DNA of 58,807 nucleotides from Planctomycetota bacterium (GTDB lineage: Bacteria > Planctomycetota > B15-G4 > SIAN01). A program made the position numbers and the translations under genes. The stretch lies in assembly GCA_031409275.1 (NCBI GenBank), contig JANNXA010000052.1:1-58807 (forward strand), in the 5' to 3' direction. Under the pieces are notes generated by a model. The model was given only the letters and a program-made list of their open reading frames with translations, was not told where the DNA came from and ran no database searches. Below, piece after piece: positions 19,368-28,903 of this stretch (the stretch's first letter is position 1; every line of letters starts with the position of its first letter).

Positions 19368-21362
19368 ATGCGTGCCCTGCTCTGCCTGCTCACCCTCGCC
19401 TGCTGGATGTCGTCGGCGCCAGCTCAGCAGCTCTCCAATCGCCAGCAGGAGTTCATGGCCTCCTACAAGAGCCTGGTCGACCTCCAGGACTTCCGCGGCA
19501 TCAACCGCCTCGTCAGCCGCGATGCACTGCTGACCGAAGAGGTGCTGCTGCAGTACACCTTCAAGTTCGTCTACGGCGACGGCGCCGCGCTCGATGAGGT
19601 CGCCCTGCTGGCGACGGCGGCCGACGAATCCGAACAGGGCAAGCGCTACACGCAGCGTCTCGCGCGCCTCAAGGAGGCGGACGCCGACGGGCGTCAGGCG
19701 TGGATGACGGCGTGGAACGCGTGGGCGAAGGCGTCGACGACGTTCGCGGAGGCCAACCAGAAGCGCGAGCAGTCCGACTTCCGCCGCGCGCTCGTCGAGC
19801 TGATCGACGCCGTCACCGCGGCGCAGGCGGCGAAGGACCCCGAGATCAGCAGCATCGCGCGCTACCACGTCGGCTACACCCATGAGCAGCTCGGCGAGTA
19901 CGAAGACGTCGTCAAGGTCTACGACGCGGCGATGGACGAGTGGCTCGCGGCCGGACGCCCGAAGGAGGCCATGTACCAGCACATGGTCGACAAACGGCGT
20001 GAGCTGATCGAGAAGGGGCACGACCCGCTCGAGAAGGGCAAGGAAGGCACCACCGGCCCGAAGCGAAACTCGACCACCTCCTATCGCGAGGGCTCCGAGT
20101 GGCAGGAGTGGGCCACCGAATACCGCGAGATGAAGGACCCCAACCAGATCCCCTCGACGTCGCCGTGGGGATGCGACCACCTGTTGCTGTGGCGCGAGTT
20201 CGGCTGGTCGGACGGCGTCCATCAGTTCGGGACGCTCGTCTCCGCCGCGCCGTTCGGCAAGCCGCTGTCGATCCTGCGCGCTGGCTCGAAGGGCTACTTC
20301 GACTTCGACGGCAATGGCAAGGAGAGCAAGGGGGACGCGCCGCTGAAGGTGATCGACGGCAAGCCGACGCTGAACAGCTTCAAGTCGGGCGACGCCAAGG
20401 ACGCCGACAGCTACGCCTTCTTCATGCTCTCCGGCGGGCAGGGACAGACGTGGTTCCAGTCGCCGGTGAACTACACCGGCAGCGGCCGTTATCGCATCGG
20501 TTGCTACCGCGAGGGGAAGATCCTCGACGACACGATCCTGCTGGTCGACGACAACTGCAGCGGGAGCATCGGTGACCCGAGCGACCAGGGCGACAACCTG
20601 CTGCGCGGCAACCCGCGTTTCATCGACGACGACGGGATCGTGATCGGCAAGAACCGGCCGCAGCCGTGGTCCGACGTCGTGCAGGTCGCCGGCAAGTGGT
20701 ACCACTTCAAGCCGGTCGATCCGCTGGCCAAGAAGCTGCGGACTCGCGAACTCGACATCGCGACCGGCAACGTGGTCATGAAATGGAACGGGCCGGTCGC
20801 GCCGAAGATGCTGGTGGTCGGCGAGACCAAGGAGTTCAAAGGCTCGTTCTTCGACGTCGCCGGCGGCAAGCCGGTGGCGGTCCCGGCGGGGCGCTACGAG
20901 ATCGCCTACGGCCGCATCGAGACCGGGAAGGCTGCGCAGGGCAAGCAGGCGTGGATCTTCAAGGGCGACAGCCCGGCCTTCGAGGTCAAGGAGGGGGAGA
21001 CGATCACGCTCGACCTCGGCGGTCCCTACACGGTCGATTTCAAGTCGAAGGACCAGGGCGATGTCCTGACCGTGGAAGGCAAGTCGCTGATCGTGAAGGA
21101 GAAGACGGGGGCGATCGTCGGGCGCATCTACGACGAGATCCCGTTCTTCGAGGTGGCGGCGCGCCGCAAGGGCGCGGGCCCCGTCGGCAAGCCGAAGGCG
21201 ATGGCGAAGATCTCGACCGAGACGTTCAACAGCGACAACGTGGCGGCGTGGTTCCCGGCTGACTTCGTCATCGAGAAAGCGAAGTCCGTCGAGCTCGAGG
21301 TGCAGCTCACGCTGAAGAAGCACGCGCTGCTCGGCGGGCCGTTCACCTCCGAGTGGAAGTGA
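19368..21362 (+). CDS. Large secreted hypothetical protein (helical/TPR-like N-terminal part, beta-rich C-terminal part with DxDxNG-type loops)
   Basis: Signal peptide ending SAPA-Q; TPR-like ARYHVGYTHEQLGEYE; DFDGNG and DDNCSG loops; strong coding bias. Confidence 0.8.
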   Translation: MRALLCLLTLACWMSSAPAQQLSNRQQEFMASYKSLVDLQDFRGINRLVSRDALLTEEVLLQYTFKFVYGDGAALDEVALLATAADESEQGKRYTQRLARLKEADADGRQAWMTAWNAWAKASTTFAEANQKREQSDFRRALVELIDAVTAAQAAKDPEISSIARYHVGYTHEQLGEYEDVVKVYDAAMDEWLAAGRPKEAMYQHMVDKRRELIEKGHDPLEKGKEGTTGPKRNSTTSYREGSEWQEWATEYREMKDPNQIPSTSPWGCDHLLLWREFGWSDGVHQFGTLVSAAPFGKPLSILRAGSKGYFDFDGNGKESKGDAPLKVIDGKPTLNSFKSGDAKDADSYAFFMLSGGQGQTWFQSPVNYTGSGRYRIGCYREGKILDDTILLVDDNCSGSIGDPSDQGDNLLRGNPRFIDDDGIVIGKNRPQPWSDVVQVAGKWYHFKPVDPLAKKLRTRELDIATGNVVMKWNGPVAPKMLVVGETKEFKGSFFDVAGGKPVAVPAGRYEIAYGRIETGKAAQGKQAWIFKGDSPAFEVKEGETITLDLGGPYTVDFKSKDQGDVLTVEGKSLIVKEKTGAIVGRIYDEIPFFEVAARRKGAGPVGKPKAMAKISTETFNSDNVAAWFPADFVIEKAKSVELEVQLTLKKHALLGGPFTSEWK

Positions 21363-21492
21363 TCCGCGTCGTCAGCAGGCGCGCGCCGCGGCGGCCAGGA
21401 GCGGGCGGCTAAGCTGCCGCGCCCTTTGGCGGCCTGTCGTCCTGGCCGCGACCTTGGCTTGGCGCCCGCGGGCGGCGCTGCGTGAGGAATCG

Positions 21493-22767
21493 ATGCTCGA
21501 CATCAAGTTCGTGCGAGACAACGCTGACGCGATCAAGGCGGCGGCGAAGAAGAAGCGGATGACGGTCGACGTCGACGCGGTGCTCGCGCTCGATGCGCGT
21601 CGGCGCGAGCTGATGCTTCGTGTCGAGAGCGATCGCGCCGAGCAGAACCGCCTCTCGAAGACGATCGGCGCACTGCCGGCCGACCAGCGCGCGAAGGCCG
21701 CCGAAGAGGTGAAGTCGCTGAAGACGCGCCTCAAGGAGGCGGAGGAGCAGGAGCGCGCGCTCGACGCGGAGCTGCGCCAGGCGATGCTCCGGTTGCCGAA
21801 CGTGCCGTCGCCCGAAGTGCCCGACGGCCTGAGCGACGCCGACAACGTCGAGATCAAGCGAGTCGGCACGCCGCGCAAGTTCGACTTCAAGCCGCTCGAC
21901 CACTCCGAGCTCGGCACGAACCTCGGCATCCTCGACCAGGAGCGCGCCGGCCGCATCTCGGGCGCTCGCCAGTACATGCTCTTCGGCGACGGTTGCCTGC
22001 TCGAGCACGCGGTGCTGCGGCTCGCGCTCGACCACATGATCGAGGCAGGCTTCACGCCGGTGCAGGTCCCGTTGATGGTCCGCTACGAAGCGATGGAGGG
22101 GACCGCCTACTTCCCCGGCGGTGAAGAGCAGGCCTACAAGATGGCCAAGGACGAGCTCTTCCTGATCGGGACGGCCGAGGTGCCGCTCACTTCGATCCAC
22201 TCGGGCGAGATCCTCGAGGAAGCCGAGCTGCCCAAGCGCTACGTCGCCTGCACGCCTTGCTTCCGCCGCGAGGCCGGCGCCTACGGCAAGGACACGAAGG
22301 GGCTCTATCGCATCCACCAGTTCTGGAAGGTGGAGCAGGTGGTCATCGACCGCGCCGACGAGGCGCTGAGCATCGCGCATCACCAGGCGATCCTCGACAA
22401 CTCCGAGCGCCTCCTGCAGAAGCTCGAGTTGCCCTATCGCGTGGTGAACGTCTGCGGTGGCGACCTCGGCCAGTCGCAGGTCCAGAAGTTCGACATCGAG
22501 ACGTGGATGCCCTCGCGCGGCAACTACGGCGAAACGCACAGCGCATCACGCTTCCACGAGTTCCAGGCGCGCCGACTCGACCTGCGCTACCGCGGCAAGG
22601 ATGGCAAGGTCCGCTTCTGCCACACGCTGAACAACACGGTCGTCGCGTCGCCCCGCGTCCTCATCCCGCTGCTCGAGAATCACCAGCAAGCCGACGGCTC
22701 GATCGCGATTCCGCCGGTGCTGCGCCCCTACCTCGGCGGCAAGTCGGCCCTGACGCGTCGGAGCTGA
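21493..22767 (+). CDS. serS: Serine--tRNA ligase
   Basis: MLDIKFVRDN, N-terminal coiled coil, LIGTAEVP, FRREAG, GLYRIHQFWKVEQ and HTLNNT. Confidence 0.97.
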   Translation: MLDIKFVRDNADAIKAAAKKKRMTVDVDAVLALDARRRELMLRVESDRAEQNRLSKTIGALPADQRAKAAEEVKSLKTRLKEAEEQERALDAELRQAMLRLPNVPSPEVPDGLSDADNVEIKRVGTPRKFDFKPLDHSELGTNLGILDQERAGRISGARQYMLFGDGCLLEHAVLRLALDHMIEAGFTPVQVPLMVRYEAMEGTAYFPGGEEQAYKMAKDELFLIGTAEVPLTSIHSGEILEEAELPKRYVACTPCFRREAGAYGKDTKGLYRIHQFWKVEQVVIDRADEALSIAHHQAILDNSERLLQKLELPYRVVNVCGGDLGQSQVQKFDIETWMPSRGNYGETHSASRFHEFQARRLDLRYRGKDGKVRFCHTLNNTVVASPRVLIPLLENHQQADGSIAIPPVLRPYLGGKSALTRRS

Positions 22768-22780
22768 CGCGCCGTAGGAA

Positions 22781-22827
22781 TCGAGCGGCCGCGCGCCGCC
22801 GGGAGATCCGGTGTCGCGCGGCCTCGA
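22781..22827. terminator. GC-rich stem-loop between convergent serS and gspJ-like genes
   Basis: Imperfect inverted repeat GGCCGCGCG-CCGCCGG-gagat-CCGGTG-TCGCGCGGCC. Confidence 0.35.
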
Positions 22828-22864
22828 GGGATGGGTTCGGGGCGAAGGAGCGTTCGAGAGGATC

Positions 22865-24022
22865 TCAGCCGCCGCCGGGCGGTTGCCGGCCGCTGCCGCC
22901 GCCGCCGCCGCCACCATTTCCGCCGCCGCCGCCACCGTTGCCGCCGCTCCCGCCTTTGCCGCCGCCAGCGCCGGTCTGGAAGCGGTTGCGGTAGTCGTTC
23001 AGGTACTCGTCGAGCCGCGCTTCGTCGGAGGCGGAGAGCTGGCCATCACCGCCGATCGAGATATCGAGGCCGTCGCGGGCGCTGAGGTCGATGTCGAACT
23101 GCGACTTGTCTCCCGGCATGCCGCCGCCTTCCATCATGTCCATCAGCGAGTTGCCGCCGCCGCGGCGCATCTCTTCTTTCGTGTCAGCGCTCGAGTCGCC
23201 CATGCCCGCCTTCGTGTCGCCCTTGCCCTTGCCGCCGCCACCGCCGGCCCCGCTGTCATTGCGGGACGTGATGGTCACCGGGAGGTAGGGGCGCACCGAC
23301 AAGGCCAGCGACTGGTCGTCGGCGAAGGCGACCACGCGCGTGTAGCGGTAGATCTTCTGCTCTTCCGCCTCGTATTCGACGAAGCCACCGACGAGTTCCG
23401 GCGAGGCCTGCAGCTCGAGGTCGATGCGCACGGCGCCGGGCAGGCGCTTCTTCTCGGTCATGTCCCAATCGCTCGACTCTTCGGCCTTGTCGCCGAGGTG
23501 GTCGAGCCAGGTGACCTCGAAGCGCGTGACGCGATCGTGGATCTTCTCGAAGTTGCCGCCGTCGAACGGCTCCTCGTCGACGTAGAGGTCCTCACGGCGC
23601 CACAGCTCGAGGAAGTCGGGCGACAAGGAGCTGGTTCGCAGCCAGTAGCCGACCTCGTTCAGATCGCTCGCGACGTCGGCGTCCGATTCGACCTCTTCGG
23701 CGCCATCACCGAGGCGGCGCGCGGAGTCGTTGGTGCAGACCCAGTCGATCCGGTCGCCGCGCAGGCCGCCCGGCGAACGCCGCTCGCCCTTCAGGACGGC
23801 GCCGTCCTTCAAGTTGTAGACGTGCAGCGAGCGCAGGTCGCGCTCGATCATGTCGAGGATGCGCGGACCATCGCGGACGCTGGCGATCTCGATCTCGGCC
23901 TCGTCGCGGGCCTGCACGGTGCCCTGGATCGTCCCGAGCAGCGCGGTCATGACGAGCGCCATGATCGCGATGGCGACCATCAGCTCGACGAGGGTGAAAC
24001 CGGTACGGTCGGTGCGGCGCAT
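22865..24022 (-). CDS. gspJ: T2SS minor pseudopilin, GspJ-like, with a Gly-rich C-terminal extension
   Basis: MRRTDRTGFTLVELMVAIAI prepilin motif; IERDLRS, EVGYWL and LWRRE segments; last gene of the gsp cluster. Confidence 0.7.
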   Translation of the reverse strand: MRRTDRTGFTLVELMVAIAIMALVMTALLGTIQGTVQARDEAEIEIASVRDGPRILDMIERDLRSLHVYNLKDGAVLKGERRSPGGLRGDRIDWVCTNDSARRLGDGAEEVESDADVASDLNEVGYWLRTSSLSPDFLELWRREDLYVDEEPFDGGNFEKIHDRVTRFEVTWLDHLGDKAEESSDWDMTEKKRLPGAVRIDLELQASPELVGGFVEYEAEEQKIYRYTRVVAFADDQSLALSVRPYLPVTITSRNDSGAGGGGGKGKGDTKAGMGDSSADTKEEMRRGGGNSLMDMMEGGGMPGDKSQFDIDLSARDGLDISIGGDGQLSASDEARLDEYLNDYRNRFQTGAGGGKGGSGGNGGGGGGNGGGGGGGSGRQPPGGG

Positions 24023-24074
24023 GGAAACCTCTCTGCGGCGGCGGGCGAAGGGACGGGCGGGCGAAGCGGTCAAC

Positions 24075-24704
24075 TCAGGCGCCTTTTCCTTTGTTCGGCG
24101 GGACGACATCGCGTCCGTTCTCGCGCTTGAGCTCTTCGGCGGTGGGGAGCGGCGGGGCATAGGTCTCGAGCACGAAGTTGCGCTCCTCGCCATCCTCGAG
24201 CTTGTACGTGCAGGTGAGCTTCATGTAGCGCACGCGGAAGCGGGTGTCGATGGCGGCATCTTCTTCCTCGTCTTCTTTGCGCTTCTCGCGCTCCTCCTGC
24301 TGGCTCTTGCGATCCTCCTTGTCCTCCTCGGACTCCCCGGCGATGGGCGCGACGTCCATCGACAGGTCGATCGAGGCGCACTGCCACTCGTAACGGATGT
24401 CGGCGAAGGCGAAGCGCTCGTCGAATCCCTCTTCGTCGGTCATGGTGCTGAAGTCGCCGGCCCCGCTCGATCCCGGCTTGGCGCTGCGTGACAGCTCGGA
24501 CAGGAGCGAGCGCATCCGTCCGGCGCAAAGCGTGGCGAACTTGGCGTCGAAGGTGTCCTTCTCGGCGCGCTCGACGAGGAGCAGCATCGGGAAGATCGCC
24601 AGCGCCACGATCGCGAGCGCGGCGAGCACTTCGACGAGCGTGAAGCCCGAGCGCGCGCAGCGCGGCGAGCGTCGAATCGCAGGATGGGCGCGCAAGGAAT
24701 TCAC
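24075..24704 (-). CDS. gspI: T2SS minor pseudopilin, GspI-like
   Basis: GFTLVEVLAALAI prepilin motif; GTG start overlaps the stop of the gspH-like gene; gene order. Confidence 0.65.
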   Translation of the reverse strand: MNSLRAHPAIRRSPRCARSGFTLVEVLAALAIVALAIFPMLLLVERAEKDTFDAKFATLCAGRMRSLLSELSRSAKPGSSGAGDFSTMTDEEGFDERFAFADIRYEWQCASIDLSMDVAPIAGESEEDKEDRKSQQEEREKRKEDEEEDAAIDTRFRVRYMKLTCTYKLEDGEERNFVLETYAPPLPTAEELKRENGRDVVPPNKGKGA

Positions 24705-25312
24705 TGGAAGGCGTCCTCGCGCAGGAACTCGGGCTCGACGTAGCGGTTCAGCACGCGCGGCTGGCCGAGCAGTCCGGCGACCTGGACGCACGCCCAGCCG
24801 GAGGCCTTCGCGTTGTTCGGGTCGAGTTCCGGTGCGACGAGGCGCACGAGGAAGGTCGGCAGCGTGCCGTCGGGCCGGATCGGGATCGAGATGACGCCGT
24901 CGGTCAGCGGCTCCTTCTCGCCGATCATCACCGCGTCGATCCGCACGCCGCGCGGCAGCTCCTTCCACTCCTTCACGGTGAGCAGGAACTCGTCGTCTTC
25001 CGCTTCCTTCTCGCGGCCCGGCTGCGGCTCGCGGATGGAGCGGAAGTACTGCTTCGCGCCGCTGGTCTCGCCGAGCTGGAACTCGAAGAAGACGATTCGC
25101 CCGCAGACGATCGCGTCGCTGCGCGCATCGGAGATCGCGGCCGCGATCTCGGCGCAGGAGGAGTTGAGCTCGCTCTCGGGGCCGAGCATTTCGCCCATGC
25201 TCACCGCGACCACCATCGTCACTGCGAGGATCATGACGACGATCAGCAGCTCGATGAGGCTGAAGCCAGCCTCCGATCGGCGGTCGCGAAGCGAGGTGGG
25301 CAGGACGATCAC
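24701..25312 (-). CDS. gspH: T2SS minor pseudopilin, GspH/FimT-like
   Basis: GFSLIELLIVVMI, ARSDAI and PDG motifs; coupled to gspG. Confidence 0.7.
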   Translation of the reverse strand: MIVLPTSLRDRRSEAGFSLIELLIVVMILAVTMVVAVSMGEMLGPESELNSSCAEIAAAISDARSDAIVCGRIVFFEFQLGETSGAKQYFRSIREPQPGREKEAEDDEFLLTVKEWKELPRGVRIDAVMIGEKEPLTDGVISIPIRPDGTLPTFLVRLVAPELDPNNAKASGWACVQVAGLLGQPRVLNRYVEPEFLREDAFQ

Positions 25313-25761
25313 GGGTTCTCGTCGCCGTTCAGCGGCCGACTGCTCGACAGGTCGCGGTCATAGCCGAGCTCCATCCCGAAGCCGTTCTCCTGGCCATCGC
25401 CACCGTAGGAGATCAGCTCGAACTCGCCGGCGCGATCGCCGCGCTTGATGACGATCGTGTTGCCCCAGGTGTCCTTGATGTCGTCCTCGGCGAGCCACGG
25501 GCGATTGCCGTTCAGCGGATCCTCTTCGATCAGCTTGGTGAGGTCGTCGGGGATGTCGTTGTGCTTGCGGCGGTACGACATCACGGTGTTCTTCAACGAG
25601 TCGAGCTTCGCCTTGGTGCCGGTCTGCTTGGCGTCGTCGACGTTGTCCCACAGCGTCGTGATGACGACGGTGCCGAGGATCCCCAGGATCGCGATGGCGA
25701 CGAGGAGCTCGATCAGGGTGAAGCCGCCGCGGCGGCGAGAGGCGCGTGCGAACCGAGCCAT
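25309..25761 (-). CDS. gspG: T2SS major pseudopilin GspG
   Basis: GFTLIELLVAIAI, KDTWGN and LISYGGDGQENG...D (GspG C-terminal signature). Confidence 0.88.
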   Translation of the reverse strand: MARFARASRRRGGFTLIELLVAIAILGILGTVVITTLWDNVDDAKQTGTKAKLDSLKNTVMSYRRKHNDIPDDLTKLIEEDPLNGNRPWLAEDDIKDTWGNTIVIKRGDRAGEFELISYGGDGQENGFGMELGYDRDLSSSRPLNGDENP

Positions 25762-25883
25762 GGCAAATCCTCACGTTTCGTTGCGATGAACCGTCGGCCA
25801 GCGGCGCGAGGCGGTTCGAACGTCCCCGGGGCGCTCCCCGAAGACGGACGACGGTTGGACAGGCTAACGCCCGATCGACTTCC

Positions 25884-27149
25884 CTAGGACTTCCCGATCG
25901 ACTTGCCGACCTGAAGCATCGGCAGGATCACGGCGAGGACGATGAAGGCGACGATCACGGCGATCGAGACGATCAGGATCGGTTCCAGCACCGCCGTCAT
26001 CCGCTGCGTCGCGACGTCGACCTCTTCGTCGTAGGAGTCGGCGAGCTGCGAGAGGATCTCGTCGAGCTGACCCGACTGTTCGCCGATGGCGATCATGTGG
26101 CCGACGACCGCCGGGAACATCTTGCTCTTCTTCAACGGCGAGGCGATGTCGGTGCCTTCGACGATGCGGTCGTGGATGACGCCGATGATCTCGGCGAGCA
26201 CCGTGTTGTCGACGACGTTCTTGACGATCTTCAGGCCGTCGAGCACCGGCAAGCCGCTCTTCAGCAGCGTGGAGAGCGTCACCGCGAAGCGCGAGATCGC
26301 CTGCTTGCGGAAGAGGTCGCCCATGATCGGCATCTGCAGCTTGAAGCGGTCGAGCACCTTGCGGCCCTTCTCGGTGCTGCGCGCCGAGATGTAGCCCACG
26401 TACAGCGCGACGAGTCCGAGCACCAGCAGCAGCCAGTAGTCGGCGACGAAGCCCGAGACGTTCTTCAGGATGAGCGTCGGCATCGGCAGATGCTGCGAGC
26501 GGGCGGTGACGAGCGCGAGGATCTTCGGCACCACGAAGCGCATCAGCACGATGACGACGAGGGTGCCGACCGTGACCATGATCACCGGGTAGGTGAGCGC
26601 CGCCGCCACCTTGTTCTTCAGGCGCGCCTGGCGCTGGAGGAAGACGCCGACCCGTTGCAGCACGACGTCGAGCTGGCCGGAAGCCTCGCCCGCGCGCACC
26701 ATGTTGACGTAGAGCTCGTTGAAGACCGAGCGGTGGTTCGAGAGCGCGTCCGCGAGCGTGTCGCCGCCCGTCACGCGCTCGCGCACGTCGCGCAGGATCG
26801 CCTCGAAGCGGCGGCCCGCGGCCTGTTCGATCAGCACCTGCAGGCACTCGGCGAGCGGCGTGCCGGCGTGCAGCAGCGTCGAGAACTGGCGCGTGAAGTT
26901 CGACAGGTCGCTGGTGGAGATCCGTGTCTTGCGCTGCAGGAATCGCGGCAGCCGGATCTCGCGCTTCAGCCCCTTGCCGCTCGACGCGGCCACCTCGCCG
27001 CCCGCAAGCTCGTTGGCCACGCGGATCGCAGTGACGTGGACCTTGTCCTTGCGCAGCTTGTCCCGCGCGGCGCGCGCCGTGTCGGCGTCGAGGATTCCGG
27101 TCTTGGTCTGGCCGCTCTCAGTGAGCGCGGTGTACTCGTAGATCGGCAT
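25884..27149 (-). CDS. gspF: T2SS inner-membrane platform protein GspF/PilC family
   Basis: FTRQFSTLL.AG, YVNMVRAGEASGQL, ALTYP, IGEQSGQL and LEP. Confidence 0.95.
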   Translation of the reverse strand: MPIYEYTALTESGQTKTGILDADTARAARDKLRKDKVHVTAIRVANELAGGEVAASSGKGLKREIRLPRFLQRKTRISTSDLSNFTRQFSTLLHAGTPLAECLQVLIEQAAGRRFEAILRDVRERVTGGDTLADALSNHRSVFNELYVNMVRAGEASGQLDVVLQRVGVFLQRQARLKNKVAAALTYPVIMVTVGTLVVIVLMRFVVPKILALVTARSQHLPMPTLILKNVSGFVADYWLLLVLGLVALYVGYISARSTEKGRKVLDRFKLQMPIMGDLFRKQAISRFAVTLSTLLKSGLPVLDGLKIVKNVVDNTVLAEIIGVIHDRIVEGTDIASPLKKSKMFPAVVGHMIAIGEQSGQLDEILSQLADSYDEEVDVATQRMTAVLEPILIVSIAVIVAFIVLAVILPMLQVGKSIGKS

Positions 27150-27192
27150 CGCGCGGCCTCGCTCCGGCTTCGTTACGTTTCGATCGGTCGGA

Positions 27193-28899
27193 TCAGTCCT
27201 GCTGAGTGACGCGCAAGACCTCGTCGATGGTCGTCACGCCCCGCAGCACCTTCTGGATGCCGTCCATGCGCAGCGTGCGCAGTCGCCCGCGCTCGATCGC
27301 CGACTTCTTGATGGTGGTCGCGTTGGCGCGATCCATCACCTGCTCCTTCACGACGTCGTCGATCTCGAGCATCTCGTAGATGGCGATGCGCTCGACGAAG
27401 CCCGATCCGAAGCAGAAGTCGCAGCCGGCGCCCTGGGTCACCTTGCCATCCGGGAAGACGTCGGGGACGAGCCCGCACGCCTTCAGCTTCTTCTCGGTGG
27501 CCTTGTCGGGCACGACGGCGGTCCGGCAGCGCGGGCAGATGCGGCGCAGCAGGCGCTGGGCGATCACGAGCAGCAGCGACGACGACACGAGGTAGGGCTC
27601 GATGCCGATGTCGAGGAGGCGGGTCACGGTCGAAGCGGCGTCGTTGGTGTGGACGGTGGAGAAGACGAGGTGTCCGGTGAGCGCGGCGCGGATCGCGATG
27701 TCCGCGGTGTCGCGGTCGCGCACTTCGCCGACCATCATCACGTCGGGGTCCTGGCGCAGGAACGAGCGCAGGCCGGTGGCGAACGTGAGCCCCTTCTTCT
27801 CGTTCACCTGCACCTGCGAGATGCCCTCGAGGTTGTACTCGATGGGGTCCTCGATGGTGAGGATGTTGAGTTTTTTGCTGTCCATGCGCGACAGCGAGCC
27901 GTAGAGCGTCGTCGTCTTGCCGGAGCCGGTCGGGCCGGTGAGGAAGATCATCCCGTGCGTGTACTGCAGGTACTTCGAGATGATCGTCAGGTGGTCCTCG
28001 TCGAGGCCGATCTCCTCGAGCTTCAGCACGCGCATCGTCTTGTCGAGCAAGCGCATGACGATGCGCTCGCCGTAGCTGGTCGGCACGGTGGAGATGCGCA
28101 CGTCGACGTCGCCCTGGCCGACGCGCAGCGTGGCGCGACCGTCCTGCGGCAGGCGCCGCTCGGCGATGTCCATCTTCCCCATGACCTTGATGCGGCTGAC
28201 GATCGCGTCGTGCACCTTCTTCGGTGCCGCCTCCATGTCGTAGAGGATGCCGTCGACGCGGTAGCGGATCTGGACGCGGTCGGCGTACGGGTGGATGTGG
28301 ATGTCCGAGGCGCGCATCTTGAGCGCCTGGAACAGCACCATGTTGACCAGCTTGATGATCGGTGCCTTGTGGGCAACGTCGAGCAGGTCCTCGCCTTCCT
28401 CGATCTCCGCGGAGAGCGAGACGATGTCCTCGTCGTCGAGCCGGTCGAGCGCCTCGTCGACGAGGTCGCCCTGGTGCTTGTACGAGCGGTTGATGAGCGT
28501 CGTGATCTCGGCGCGCGGCGCCAGGATCGGTTCGACTTCACCGCCGACCATCGCGGCGAGGTCGTCCATCGGATGGACGTCCATCGGCGAGCAGGTCGCG
28601 ATCTGCAGCACGCCATCCTCGCGGCCGATCGCGCACAGGTTGTAGCTGCGCGCGAACTGCACCGGGACCTGCTTCATGAAGTCGGGCGGCACGACCTCGA
28701 CGCGCAGCTCCGGCCGGAACTCGTAGCCGAGGTACTCGCCGAAGAGGCGCAGCACCGCCGCCTCGTCGAGGTAGCCCTTCTGCAGCAGGATCTTGTCGAG
28801 CCCCTGTCCCGTTTCGCGTTGCAGGCGGAGGCAGTCGTCGACTCGTTCCTGGTCGAGGCCGCCGACGCGCTTCAGCAGCTCAGGCAGCGTGGCGGACAT
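27193..28899 (-). CDS. gspE: T2SS assembly ATPase GspE/PilB family
   Basis: ASDIHI, AERRLPQDG, Walker A GPTGSGKT, TIEDPIEY, LRQDPDVMMVGEVRD, TGHLVFSTVH and CxxC pairs. Confidence 0.96.
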   Translation of the reverse strand: MSATLPELLKRVGGLDQERVDDCLRLQRETGQGLDKILLQKGYLDEAAVLRLFGEYLGYEFRPELRVEVVPPDFMKQVPVQFARSYNLCAIGREDGVLQIATCSPMDVHPMDDLAAMVGGEVEPILAPRAEITTLINRSYKHQGDLVDEALDRLDDEDIVSLSAEIEEGEDLLDVAHKAPIIKLVNMVLFQALKMRASDIHIHPYADRVQIRYRVDGILYDMEAAPKKVHDAIVSRIKVMGKMDIAERRLPQDGRATLRVGQGDVDVRISTVPTSYGERIVMRLLDKTMRVLKLEEIGLDEDHLTIISKYLQYTHGMIFLTGPTGSGKTTTLYGSLSRMDSKKLNILTIEDPIEYNLEGISQVQVNEKKGLTFATGLRSFLRQDPDVMMVGEVRDRDTADIAIRAALTGHLVFSTVHTNDAASTVTRLLDIGIEPYLVSSSLLLVIAQRLLRRICPRCRTAVVPDKATEKKLKACGLVPDVFPDGKVTQGAGCDFCFGSGFVERIAIYEMLEIDDVVKEQVMDRANATTIKKSAIERGRLRTLRMDGIQKVLRGVTTIDEVLRVTQQD

Positions 28900-28903
28900 C
28901 GTT

